Positions 1 through 10,709 of a stretch of DNA of 64,000 nucleotides are shown one piece after another. The notes beneath the pieces are model-generated. The model searched no databases and was not told the DNA's origin. It saw only the letters and a program-made list of their open reading frames with translations. The DNA lies in contig OZ251229.1 of NCBI GenBank assembly GCA_965240325.2, positions 1,612,001 through 1,676,000 of the forward strand. Direction: 5' to 3'. The stretch comes from Rebecca billardiae RCC1528 (lineage: Eukaryota; Protista; Haptophyta). A program made the translations under genes and the position numbers. Within the stretch, counting starts at the first letter, position 1; each line of letters begins with the position of its first letter.

Positions 1-539
1 GTGCGCACGCCGTGCAGCTCGCGGCGCGTGCGCATTGGCTAGCTGGCACACGTCTCCCGACGCACAAGGCAAATGACCGCAGCTGGGATGCTCTTTCGCG
101 CCGCAAGAACGCGTGCGAGGCCGGTCGCCGCGGCCGAGCGGCGTGGCCGTGCCGCCTGCACGCTGGGCGCCCATGGACGTGGCTTCGCCGCGCGCGCTGA
201 GGCCGGCGAGCGTCGCGACCGACTTCCACGACGCGTGCGACGCGCCATCTGCCCGCTTCCTTGCCTGTGACGCACGTCTTCTGCGGGAAATGGCGACTCC
301 GCGCCCATGCGGCGGCGAAGCCGCCATCCGCCGCGCTTTGCCGTTGGACAATGGACAGCGCGGAACATTTCTTTTTGAAAAGCGCCGATCTGAAAAGACC
401 GGAAGGCGTTTGTCCAGCTGGCGCAACGCCCCTGAGTGGTCTGCCTCGGCAGACCTGCGTGACGAATGAATTCGTCTCGGTCGTCACTCGTCACTGTCAG
501 CATCAGCCAGATCAGCTTGTCGATCTCAGAGAATCGTCG

Positions 540-3371
540 TCATCTGTGCGCCCGGCTCGGACCGTTGGCGGCAGAAGTGGCGGCAGCGCTCACCTGCCGC
601 GCTGGATGTGGCCCCAAGCCTCCGCCGCCGGGTTGGCGTGGGACAGCAGGGCTGCCACGCACCGCACCGCCGCCGTGCGCCGCGCCGCTGCCCGCGCCGC
701 AGCTCCCGGTCGCGTTGGATAGCGAGCGCTGAAGCTCAGCGTGCTCTGCTCGCTTCTGCTGCTCGCGCGCCGCTTTCTCCTGCCGCTGCCGCGCGAGCTC
801 AGCCTCGAGCTCGAGCTCCCACTGCCTGCGCTTGCTGTCGCGGTCCGCGAGGAGCACGCTGGCGTGGGCGCTCTCGCCGCCCCCGGCCTGGTGCGGGCCG
901 TGGCCGTGCGCCTCGGCAGGCGGTGGCAGCCACGCGCCCTCGACGGCAAAGGGCTGCTGCCTCGCGCCCGCGCGGTGCGCCTGCCACTGCTGCGGCGGTG
1001 CGTGCGCATAGCCCCCTGCTGGAGGAGGCCCGTGCTGCTGGCTCTGTGCCAGGTGCGCATGGCCGGCCTGTGGCTGCAGCTGCGGCGAGTAACCGACGGG
1101 CGCGGCGGCGCCGCCGCCGCCGAGGAACGCATCGCGCGCCGCCGCCGCGCGGCGAGGCGTGTACGCGTCGCCGCCGTCTGCGCCCCCGCCCCCGCCGACG
1201 CCTCCCAGCTGCAGGCCCAGTTGGCGCGAGCCGAGGTGCGGCTGGTGGCCGGGGGGCGCGTGCGCGCTCGCGTCTGCAGCCGCGCCGACGCCCGCGCCCG
1301 CGCCCGCGCGCGGCGCGTGCACGGATAGGTGCAGCGCGGGCACCGAGCTCGCCGGCGGCACGCCGGCCTTTGCGGGGACCACAGGGACGCGCACGCCGCC
1401 GGGCGCTGCATCTTGTGCGCGCGTGAGCAGCACCGTGCCTGCGGACTGGCTCGTCGTCTTCGAGACGAGCGCGGTCCGCCCCCCGCTGCCGCCGGCCCAC
1501 GAGTCCTGCCCGCCGTCGAGCAGCCGCGCCGACGACTCGTACGCCACCAGCCTCGGCTCACGCCCCGGCGCCGACGGTGGGCGCACCAGCTGTTGGACCG
1601 GTCCGGCCGGCAGCGCGCCCTCGGTGACTGTGAGCCACTCGTGGGTGAGCAGCTGCAGCGCGCTTGGCCGCTCCTTCGGGTTGCGCCGGAGGCACTGCTC
1701 GAGGAAGCTCTTGCCCTGCGCGCGCGCACGGGGGCACGCGCACACACCGCGCCGCAGCGCGTGAGGCTGCGCTCGCCCTCGCGGCCGCCCGCCGGCACCC
1801 CGCCGCGGCGCGAGCGCCGCCAGCCCGCGCCACCGCGCTCTCACGCGCGCGCGCGCGCGTACCATCGGTGAGAGGCAGTCTGGCAGCGGCGGCGGCGTCT
1901 TTGCAGACGCGATGTGGAAGAGCGCGGAGATCTGCGAGTTGAAGTGCGACCAGGGCGGCTTGCCTGCGCGCCGCGCGCGGGCGGGCACACGCGTGGCGCA
2001 CGACGCGTGCGTGAGCGCAGGGCGCCCGCGCTCGCGCCCGTGCGCTCGCAGGCCAGCCGCCGCCCGGCCTCCGCTCGCGCTCGCGCACGCACCCGTGACC
2101 ATCTCGATGAGCGTGCAGCCGAGCGACCAGATGTCCGCCTCCGGCCCGTGCCCCGTCTGCTTGATCACCTCCGGCGCCATCCAGAACGGCGTGCCCTTCA
2201 GCGAGCGCGCGTCATTCGACCCACCCAGAATGTCAGCAATCTTGCGCGACGCGCCGAAGTCGGCGAGCTTGCACACGCCCTGGTGGTCGACGAGCACGTT
2301 GGCGCCCTTGATGTCGCGGTGGACGATGCGGTGGGCGTGGAGGTACGCGACGCCCTGCGTGATGTGCCGCACGTACCGCCGCGCCAGCTTCTCGTTCAGC
2401 GCGCCGAACCGCGCGAGCAGCGCGTGGATGGAGCCGCCTGCCACGTACTCGAGGAAAATGGACAGGGTCCCCTCGGCCTCGTCGCGCTCGACGCCGAGGT
2501 AGGTGACGATGTTGGGGTGGCGGAGGCCCTGCAGCAGGGCGACCTCGCGCTGGATCGAGCTGAGCAGCTCGGCGCCGTTCTCGCCCATGTGCGGGCCGAT
2601 GTGAATCTGCTTCACAGCCATCATCTCGCCGGAGGAGAGGTTGAGGCCGAGGAACACCTTTCCAAACGAGCCCGACCCGATCATCTCCGCGCGCTGCCAG
2701 CGGAAGGGCGCCGCCTCGGCCTCGGCGGCGGGCGCGTCGGGCGAGGCGGGCGCGCGCGGCGAGGACTGCGCGTGCGCGCTCGCGCGCGAGACCGACGCGT
2801 GCTGCGCGTGCGAAGGCGAGCTGCCGTCCTGCGCGCGCACGCGCTCGGCCGGCGGCTGCGCAGGCTCGCGAGCTGCCGGCGCGCCCTGCTGCGTGACGGC
2901 GGACGGCGGCACGGCCGGCTGCCTTGGATTGAGCTGTTCGCTCCGGCTGCGCCGCGGCGCCCTCGGCTGCCTGCTGTCCGCGCCGGCGGAAGGCAGGTCT
3001 GTCGTCGAGCGCGTCTGCGCGACCGGTGGCTCGCGGCCGCTTTGTGGAAGCACAGAGCCGACCGAGGTGTTCATGATCTCGTTGGCGATGGCTTCGAGCT
3101 CGCTCTCCATCGCGTCGAGATCGATGCTCTCCTCGTGGTCCTGCACGGCGGCCACCGCCTGAGCCGTCGAAGTAGCAGGCGGCGACTTGTGTGGTGGCGA
3201 GAGGCGCTGCGTGGGAGCAGCGGCCCCAGCTGCGGCCACAGCGGCAGGCTTTGCCAACGGCTTGGCAGTCGGCCTGGGAGGGGTTGCACGAACCTCTGGT
3301 GTGCCGTCTGGCGAAGCTGTGTGTACCGGCGCGTCCGCCTCATCCCGGGCGACGCCAACACCTGCGCCCAT
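540..3371 (-). CDS. STE11/NPK1(ANP)-like MAP kinase kinase kinase; introns at 1964-2092 and 1716-1862
   Basis: Kinase motifs IGSGSFGKV, MAVKQI, HRDIKGAN, LADFG and GTPFWMAPE. Two in-frame GC-rich GT..CAG insertions interrupt subdomains IX-XI (MVTG|KPPW, SPM|GKSF). The start ATG at 3371 is a best guess. Confidence 0.9.
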   Translation of the reverse strand: MGAGVGVARDEADAPVHTASPDGTPEVRATPPRPTAKPLAKPAAVAAAGAAAPTQRLSPPHKSPPATSTAQAVAAVQDHEESIDLDAMESELEAIANEIMNTSVGSVLPQSGREPPVAQTRSTTDLPSAGADSRQPRAPRRSRSEQLNPRQPAVPPSAVTQQGAPAAREPAQPPAERVRAQDGSSPSHAQHASVSRASAHAQSSPRAPASPDAPAAEAEAAPFRWQRAEMIGSGSFGKVFLGLNLSSGEMMAVKQIHIGPHMGENGAELLSSIQREVALLQGLRHPNIVTYLGVERDEAEGTLSIFLEYVAGGSIHALLARFGALNEKLARRYVRHITQGVAYLHAHRIVHRDIKGANVLVDHQGVCKLADFGASRKIADILGGSNDARSLKGTPFWMAPEVIKQTGHGPEADIWSLGCTLIEMVTGACASASGGRAAAGLRAHGRERGRPALTHASCATRVPARARRAGKPPWSHFNSQISALFHIASAKTPPPLPDCLSPMVRARARVRARWRGLAALAPRRGAGGRPRGRAQPHALRRGVCACPRARAQGKSFLEQCLRRNPKERPSALQLLTHEWLTVTEGALPAGPVQQLVRPPSAPGREPRLVAYESSARLLDGGQDSWAGGSGGRTALVSKTTSQSAGTVLLTRAQDAAPGGVRVPVVPAKAGVPPASSVPALHLSVHAPRAGAGAGVGAAADASAHAPPGHQPHLGSRQLGLQLGGVGGGGGADGGDAYTPRRAAAARDAFLGGGGAAAPVGYSPQLQPQAGHAHLAQSQQHGPPPAGGYAHAPPQQWQAHRAGARQQPFAVEGAWLPPPAEAHGHGPHQAGGGESAHASVLLADRDSKRRQWELELEAELARQRQEKAAREQQKRAEHAELQRSLSNATGSCGAGSGAAHGGGAVRGSPAVPRQPGGGGLGPHPARQVSAAATSAANGPSRAHR

Positions 3372-3549
3372 GGCGTGTCGGCAGGGCCGGCGGAGCTCAC
3401 GGCCGCACGATGGAAGTCGAACAGCAGATGTGTTGTCAACCGTCACCGCAGTGGCAGCAGTCTCGAGGAAGCTTTCGTCAGGTACAAATACTGAGTTTTG
3501 GACGTTCCAAAACGGGACGAGTCCGCAACGGTCGCGACCATTGCCAGCC

Positions 3550-4743
3550 ATGCAACGACATCCAATCGACAATCGACACGATGGCGGCGGCGTGAGCGCG
3601 ATGGCAGGACCACTACATTCGTGGGGCAAAGCCAGCTCCCACAGCTCCCAGACGCGATGCTTCATGGGCCACCTGCTGCCGACAGTGCTTGTGATCGGTG
3701 CACAGAAGGCAGGGACCACGTCGTTGCACACCGATCTCGTCACCAACGTTGTGGGCCTGACGTCTGGCCATTCGCTCGCGTCCGAGCCCTCGTGGGGTGG
3801 CCAGCGTGATAAAGAGATCCACTACTTTGACATGAACTTCCGGGAGGGCCTCGCGTACTACGTTAAGCACTTCCAGCCGTGCCCAGCGCATCTGACCAAG
3901 CCCGGCCTCCTGGCCATCGACGCCACGCCCAACTACATGAGGGCGCCCGGCATCGCCCAGCGCGCACGCGCTGCGTTCATGCTGACAGGCGCGGTGAGGG
4001 CCGTGCGCATCATCGCCGTCCTCCGCTCGCCGACCGAGCGCGCACGGAGCTGGTATGATCACATGGGCAGGCAGGTGCACGGTGTCACGACAGCCATCAA
4101 CACGTGGGCCCTCCAAGCGCTTGACCACATGAGCGCGTGTGCCGAGCGGCACGGACTCCAGATCGAGTCGAGTCGGCTGTGGGGCTCGGCGTGCCACATG
4201 CTCGGCCGCGAGTACCAGGACGTGCTCACGGGCGGCATGTACGCCCCGCAGCTGTCGGCATGGATCCGCGCCTTCGGCGCCTCGCAGATCATCGTCAGCA
4301 CCTTCGGCGGATATCTGGACCACGCTGGCCGCGTGCTCGCCGACCTCGCCCGATTCGTGGGCAGTGAGCTGCACGCCCACCGCGCCAGCATGGCGCCCCG
4401 CAAGCCGCCGGTCCCCCGGCCGAAGGAGCGGCGAGGCCGCGCGGGCCCACGTCGGCGGGCGCATGCGCCCCGCGCTGTGGCCGACCTTGCACAGAACAGC
4501 AGCGTCGCCCTTCGTGCGCCCCCTGGTGCGCGTCGCGCGCTGCTGGAGGCCGCCCACCTCAACGCGCACAAGCGCAGCGCATCCGTGCTGGGCGACGCCG
4601 AGCGAGCGGCGCTCGACAACTTCTTCACGCCGCACGTGAACGAGCTGATCATGCTGTTGCGCGCGCCGAGCAGCAGAGGCCTCGCGAGCACGCCGTTTTC
4701 ACCCGCAAGCTCGCTGACGCCCTGGATGCTGATGGCAAAGTAG
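3550..4743 (+). CDS. PAPS-dependent sulfotransferase (heparan-sulfate 3-O/N-sulfotransferase-like fold)
   Basis: 5'-PSB loop VIGAQKAGTTSL, KEIHYFD, DATPNY and 3'-PB motif IIAVLRSPTERARSWY. Start codon uncertain (3550, 3601 or 3664). Confidence 0.85.
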   Translation: MQRHPIDNRHDGGGVSAMAGPLHSWGKASSHSSQTRCFMGHLLPTVLVIGAQKAGTTSLHTDLVTNVVGLTSGHSLASEPSWGGQRDKEIHYFDMNFREGLAYYVKHFQPCPAHLTKPGLLAIDATPNYMRAPGIAQRARAAFMLTGAVRAVRIIAVLRSPTERARSWYDHMGRQVHGVTTAINTWALQALDHMSACAERHGLQIESSRLWGSACHMLGREYQDVLTGGMYAPQLSAWIRAFGASQIIVSTFGGYLDHAGRVLADLARFVGSELHAHRASMAPRKPPVPRPKERRGRAGPRRRAHAPRAVADLAQNSSVALRAPPGARRALLEAAHLNAHKRSASVLGDAERAALDNFFTPHVNELIMLLRAPSSRGLASTPFSPASSLTPWMLMAK

Positions 4744-4843
4744 TAGCGCCCACACCACAGTCGGCAGTGTCGGCGGCGCCCGTCGGCGGCGCGGAATAAC
4801 GGATCGGTCGCGATCGAGGGGGCGCCTGGCGGCCTCACCTCGT

Positions 4844-4887
4844 CGGCATCCGGTCGTCCACGCCCCCGGCATCCGGTCGTCCACGCC
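4844..4887. repeat. 21-bp direct tandem duplication CGGCATCCGGTCGTCCACGCC x2
   Basis: Seen directly between the convergent 3' ends of two genes. Confidence 0.8.
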
Positions 4888-4993
4888 TGCTATATATATA
4901 TCGCGTCGTCATCGCCGGGCGGCGCCCCTAGTCGGGCGAGGGCCGCGCGAAAGGAGTCAAAGGACACAGTCTGACGGGGCGAGGCCGCTACGG

Positions 4994-6190
4994 CTAGCCA
5001 GCAGGCTGTCGTATGAATGAAGCCCCGAATTGTGTCACTGGGCCATCGACGCCCTGCGCCGCGCCGGCTGCCGACGCGGCTCCCGTGCGCATGGCGCTGA
5101 CGAGTGGGACACCAACAAGCGCGAGCATGCCCACGGCGGAGACGACCTCGCACGCGGCACGCACGTGCTGGACGAGTGCGCCCACGAGCTGTGCAGCCGT
5201 ACGCCGCGAGCGCGCCTCTCCGTTGCCGGGCGTGGGCGCAAGCGGCTGCGCGCCCAGGCAGACCGATGGGGAGCGCTGGACGAAATGCAGCATCGCGGCA
5301 CAGAGGTGCGCGCACATGTACCACCGCCGAGGGCAGGGCGGGAGCCGCGTGGCGAGCATGGGGCTGAGCGCGTGGCTGACGTGCGCGACGGCGTACGCGC
5401 CGAGTGGCGCCACCAGCCACGCCGCGTGCTTGCTCCAGCGGCGCCGCCAGCGCGCCCACGTGCCCGGCCGCCAGCATATGAGCGCGATCATCGTGGGCAC
5501 GGCGCGCGACGGATCGCGCGCGAGGAGCAGTGCGAGCGCGAGAAGGTTGAGCCAGAGCGACCACGCGTACACCGCGTGATAGGTCGACGCCGTCGCCAGG
5601 CCCTTCCGGACGAGTGTCATGAGCAGCGCGGCAATCTGAATCGGAAGCAGCGGCAGGAAGCACAGAGTGGGCTCGTCCGTGACGTGGGCGAGGCCCGTGG
5701 CGAGGAACTGCGCGCTGGCGTAGCTCATCTTCGTCGCCGCCACTTCCCCCTCGGGCACGTGTGCCGGGTACGGCATCGCGTTGGTGGTTCGCCGCTCGCG
5801 GTCGCCGTAGCGGCTGGTGACAAGCTCGGCGGCAGCGATGGTCGCGTGATTGAGCGCGACGAGGAGCAGCGGGTGCGAGAGGCCGGCGAGCGCAGCCGCG
5901 CAGGCGATCGCGTGGCGCGATGCAAAGAGCAGCGAGTGCAACCGCGCCTCGGGCCAGATCATGGGCTTTGCATAGTTGCGCTTCGCGGGTAGCGGCAGCC
6001 GCAGCGACGCAAGCGGCAGGGCCACGTGCAGTGCGACGCCTGCGATGCGCCACCACAGAGGCTCGCGGTCGAGCCACGCGCAGCCACGGATGAGGAGCAA
6101 CAGCCAGCGCCACGCAAAGTGCGCCAGCGCCAGCGCGCCCATCAGGGCGTGCAAGTGCTGCGGGTCGTGGTTCGTGAGCAGCCGCGCCAT
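4994..6190 (-). CDS. Uncharacterised multi-pass membrane protein
   Basis: ORF from MARLLTNHDPQHLHALMG with several hydrophobic helices and conserved-looking motifs (MIWPEARLHSLLFASR, PIQIAALLMTLVRKG). C-terminus uncertain. Confidence 0.65.
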   Translation of the reverse strand: MARLLTNHDPQHLHALMGALALAHFAWRWLLLLIRGCAWLDREPLWWRIAGVALHVALPLASLRLPLPAKRNYAKPMIWPEARLHSLLFASRHAIACAAALAGLSHPLLLVALNHATIAAAELVTSRYGDRERRTTNAMPYPAHVPEGEVAATKMSYASAQFLATGLAHVTDEPTLCFLPLLPIQIAALLMTLVRKGLATASTYHAVYAWSLWLNLLALALLLARDPSRAVPTMIALICWRPGTWARWRRRWSKHAAWLVAPLGAYAVAHVSHALSPMLATRLPPCPRRWYMCAHLCAAMLHFVQRSPSVCLGAQPLAPTPGNGEARSRRTAAQLVGALVQHVRAACEVVSAVGMLALVGVPLVSAMRTGAASAAGAAQGVDGPVTQFGASFIRQPAG

Positions 6191-6421
6191 AGAGTCGGAC
6201 GGGGCGGTGACCTTCACTAAAAACAAGTCCGGGCTGCTCAAGCAGCGAATCACCGCGAGGACAGCCGCCTCTGTCCGCGCTCTTGATCAGCACAGCTTGC
6301 GCCCTCCTCTTGGATCACCCGAGAGGGTGTTGAGCAAGTGCGGCGCCTTTTCGCCGACGAGCCCGCGCGCGCGGGCACGATCGACGCGGCGCGGCGGCAC
6401 AGCGCGTGAGGACCGGGTGCC

Positions 6422-7425
6422 ATGTCGGGCCTCCTTTCGCGCGGCATGTCCACCGCGCTCGACATCAAGAACCGAGTGACGCAGGTGACGCAGCAAGCGC
6501 TCGAGGTCTCCGGTCTGACCGACAAGTCGTCGGAGAGCCAACCTCCGGAGATCACGGCGCACGCGAAGCAGGACGAGCAGCTGCGCGCCCTGTACAAGTG
6601 CGCGGACGCCTACATCCAGCGCATGAACGCCATGTGCGAGGCGAGCACCAAGCTCGCCGAGGCTTTCAAGGACGCGTGCGCAGACTCGCCGCAGCTCGAC
6701 ACGGTCGCCACGGAGCTCGTGGTGATGCAGAGCTCGATCAACAAGGAGCACCTGGGCCTGCTGGGGCAGATGCTGCACCGCAAGATCTTCCGCCCCATCC
6801 GGCACGAGATCGAGGCGCGCAAGACCCTCGACGGCAAGATCGCCGAGTCGAAGCGCGCGCGCACAGAGTTTGACGCGTACAAGCGGCGCGTCGCGGCGGA
6901 GGCGGAGCGCGAGCCGGCGCGGCGCGAGCAGTTCGCCGCGGAGCTGCGCGCGCAGCAGGAGGCGTACGACCGGCGCACGCAGTCCCTGCTCGCCGAGGTG
7001 AGCGAGGCCGTCGAGACGCGCCACAAGATTTTGTGCAAGGGGCTGGTCTCGTGGGTGGCGATGCAGCACGTGTACACGCACGGCGTCGAGGAGGCGATGG
7101 GCGCGCTGCTCGAGCGGCTGCGCGAGAAGCTCGCGGCGGAGAACTTCCGCGGGATCGGGATGGTCGCGCTGCTCGACCAGGCGTTCGCCGACTGCAAGGC
7201 CGTGCGCGAGCATCTGGAGGCGAAGCAGGCAAGCCCGGCGCTCGGCGCGCAGCCGGCGCACTCGAGGGCGCCGCCCCCGCAGCAGGCGGCGCAGCAGCAG
7301 CCGCAGCAGGCGGCGCAGCAGCAGCGCCCGGCTGCCGCGGTGCAGCAGCCCTCGCTGCTCGACCCGCCGACTGCGGCACCTCCGGCGCCCAGCGGTGGCG
7401 CCAGCGAGCCAGACCTGCTCGGACT

Positions 7426-7482
<57 letters not shown>

Positions 7483-9322
7483 AGCTGCGACACCCTCGGC
7501 ACCATCTGGGCACATGCCGCCGCCCGGCGGCGACGGCTTCCCGCTGCCCCCGCCCCCGGCGATGGCACCGACGGGCGGCGCCCCGCCGCCGCCGGTGACC
7601 AGCGCGCAGTCGCACACCGGCGTGCTCCCGCAGCCGCCGCCGGGCGCGCCCCATCTGGGTAGCTCACACTCCGCGTCTCTCGCCGACCAGGGCTCCGTCG
7701 ACCTGCTGGGCTCGATGGGCTTCGGCCCGTCGGAGGACGAGATCTTCATGCAGCAGCTGGGCGGCGGCGGCGGCGGCGGCGGCGGCGCGGCAGCAGGGCA
7801 CGGCGGCGACGACCTGCTCGGCGGGATGGGTGACATGATGGGCGGCGGGCAGGGCAACGGCGGCGGCGGGAGCGGCGGCGGCGGCGGCGGCGGCGGCTGC
7901 GACATGCTCAACTTTGGCAACAGCCCGCAGCTGATGCCCACCGACGGTGGCTCCTCCGACCCGTTCGCCGAGTTCCAGGGCGGCGGGCCTTCCGCCATCC
8001 CCTCCGGGCTGCTGCCGCCCTCCGCCGCCGGCTACGGCTCGAACAGATCCGCGGGCTCCGGCGCATCTCTGCTCGACGAAGGCGGCGCGCCGCGCTCGCG
8101 CGAGGAGTTGAAGAAGCTGCGCGAGCAGCGCACCGCGGAGGCGATGAAGGCGACGGTGCGTGGGCGCGCGAGGGCGCCGCGCCTCGCGCGAGGGCCGCCG
8201 CGTGGCCCACGTGCGCGGCGCCGCCCCGCTCTCGAGCGCGCGCCGCACCCGCGCCTCGCACCGGAGGCAGCGGAAGGAAGCTGCCTGCGGCCGCGGCCGG
8301 ACCCCCGGGCGGAGTCCGGACCGCTGCCGCCGTGCGCGCCCTGCCGAGCTGGGCTTGCGCGCCGCACTGCGGCTCACCGCCGCGCGCGCGCTCCCTCCGC
8401 TGCGCCCCGGCGCCCGGCGCTCGCAGGTCGACCAACAAAGAGACAAGGTGGCACAGGAGGAGGCCGCGCGCGACCACAAGCGCGAGATTGCATCTGAGGT
8501 GAAGGCGGCCGTGGAGCAATGGCGGCAGGGCAAGAAGAACATGCGAGCGATCCTCTCGACGCTGCACGAGGTTGTGCCCCCCGGCCTCAACTGGGAGCCG
8601 CTCACGCTGGCCAAGCTCATCCAGCCGACCGACGTGAAGAAGGTGCGCGCTCCGTGCGGACACGGGTGGCGCGCCCTGCGCTGCGCGCGCGCGCCCGCTG
8701 CCTGCGAGTTCTCCTCAGCGCTGGGGGCGGCCAGTGCTGCCGTTGTGGGGCTGGGCCGTCCGGGCCAGGTGGCGCTGCCGACCGGCAGCGGCGCGCGCGC
8801 GTGCGCGGGGGCGCCGCGGCGCACGCGGCGCGGCACTGCCCGCCTCCATGCCGCGCCGCCGGGCCGCGTGTCGTGCGCCGCCCGCCGGCACGCGGCCATT
8901 CGCACCGCCGTGCCGCGGGCCGCGCGCTCACCCGCCCGTGTGCCTGCCCCCGGCGCCGCCACGCCCGTGCGGCCGTCCGCGGCTGCACTGCCGCCCGGCC
9001 GTGCTGCCGCCTGCCTGGCAGGCTTACAAGCGCGCGCTGCTCGTCATCCACCCGGACAAGCTGCCAGAAACGTCTTCGCTCCGGGTGCGCGCGCCCGCGC
9101 CCTCGCGCGCCCGCGCGCGAGCGCCGAGTGGCGAGGGCTGGCGGTCCGGACCTGGCAGTCCGGAGCGGAAGGCATGCTGAGCTCCTGCGCCCTCGCGTCG
9201 CGGTGCGCGCGCCCGCGTGACGCTGCGCGTGCGCGCGCGGCTGTGCGCAGGATCAGGTGCTGGCGCAGGAGGTCTTCGACGCCGTGCGCGAGGCATGGTC
9301 TCTCTTCCAGCACGAGCTGTGA
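6422..9322 (+). CDS. Auxilin-like J-domain protein with N-terminal BAR-like helical domain; exons 6422-8155, 8427-8642, 9022-9084, 9251-9322
   Basis: Spliced C-terminus NMRAILSTLHEVV..WEPLTLAKLIQPTDVKKAYKRALLVIHPDK..AQEVFDAVREAW is an auxilin-type J domain. The N-terminal ~260 aa are amphipathic helices. The linker contains DLL and DPF motifs. Confidence 0.85.
7427..7480 (+). repeat. Coding (GGC)n trinucleotide repeat (poly-Gly)
   Basis: About 18 GGC units within exon 1 of the auxilin-like gene. Confidence 0.9.
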
Positions 9323-10709
9323 GCCCGGCGGAGCCTTGGCGGAGCGCGTGGGACGACGCATCACCAGTGCTCAGGGGAGGAACGCGTTTTGGCCGCCGGT
9401 GGAGGCTACTTCGTATTACGTCATATTTGCTCGATATTCGCGCGAATGGCGATGTCACAAGCGGTGCGCGTCCAGTCCGGGCTGCATGACGACTCGTCCC
9501 GCGAGACGACCCGCAGCCGATGGCGATTGCTATTGCTGCGTTTCGAGTGCGCGCGCGCGCACGCTCCACGCTGCTGTCCTTGGCTCAGCGGCGTGCAGAT
9601 TCCTGACACCCTCCGAGCAAGACTGCGCTGTCAGCTGCTGTCGACTTTATCGTCTCTAATCTCTATCAACACATATGATGAATAGGCGCTACGGACTGTG
9701 AGTGAGTGACGAACTCTCCGCGGTTCGGCGTCTTCACGCCGCTGCGCTACGCCTGCTACGGAAAGCTAGCGCTTAGCCGAGGGCGCCAGTGGCAGTGCCG
9801 CTGTGACAGTGCGCCAGCAAACTGGCCCGCGGGCGCCTGGCCGTCCCTGGCGTCCTTCGATCACTGCGGTCACTCCCTAGCTCAGCTGCTCTGCTGATAA
9901 GTACTCTGCCGTCGGAGTAGTCCGTCACTCCGTGTCCACGAACAGTGCCGTACCGTGTATGAGCTATATATATATATATATATATATACTCTATGACAGT
10001 CTTAGCAGGGGAGCACTACAGCAGACAGGCTACGCAGTTCGGACTCAGATCACTTCGGTACCGCCTAGTACCGTAGTCCGTACTCCCGCTCCGACTCCGT
10101 ACATACGTTGTCTGTCCACGATGTCGATCTGTCTACACTCGACAGCGTACTCTCCGTAGGTAGGCGGCGTACTGAGCCGTATCTCATCGCCTGCAGCCTG
10201 CTGCTAAGCGCTGTGTGCGTGGCGGCCCGGGCGGGCTTTCTGAAAGTCGTCGTGGAATATTCTGGGCCGACTGAGGCTTATTTTAAAAATGATGATAATA
10301 ATATAGCGCTGTCGATCATCATCGTCAAATGACTACGAATAATCGATCTGATGATGAGTGATGACTCGTCGTCATGACTGACTGCTGATCGGATGACGAC
10401 GGTCATGACGACAGCCGGTAGACCTAATTGAGCAGATTATTGAGCTAGATACGCAGAGTGCTTGCTAGAAGTAGAACTGTGCGCACGGAATGTGGAATCC
10501 TCATATATCGTCATCAAAGTGCTAGTGAGTAGCAGTGCTCCGCGGACCACGAGTCACGAGACAAGCTGTCACGAGACACGACCACCGCCGACCACGTCCA
10601 CGTGGCGGCACGCGCGGGCACGTCATCCGCCACTTGCGGTGATATTTTCGGCTCGGACGACACGCCGGCCCACGCGTCGGACAGACCATATCGTGCGCCT
10701 CTGCGCGGG

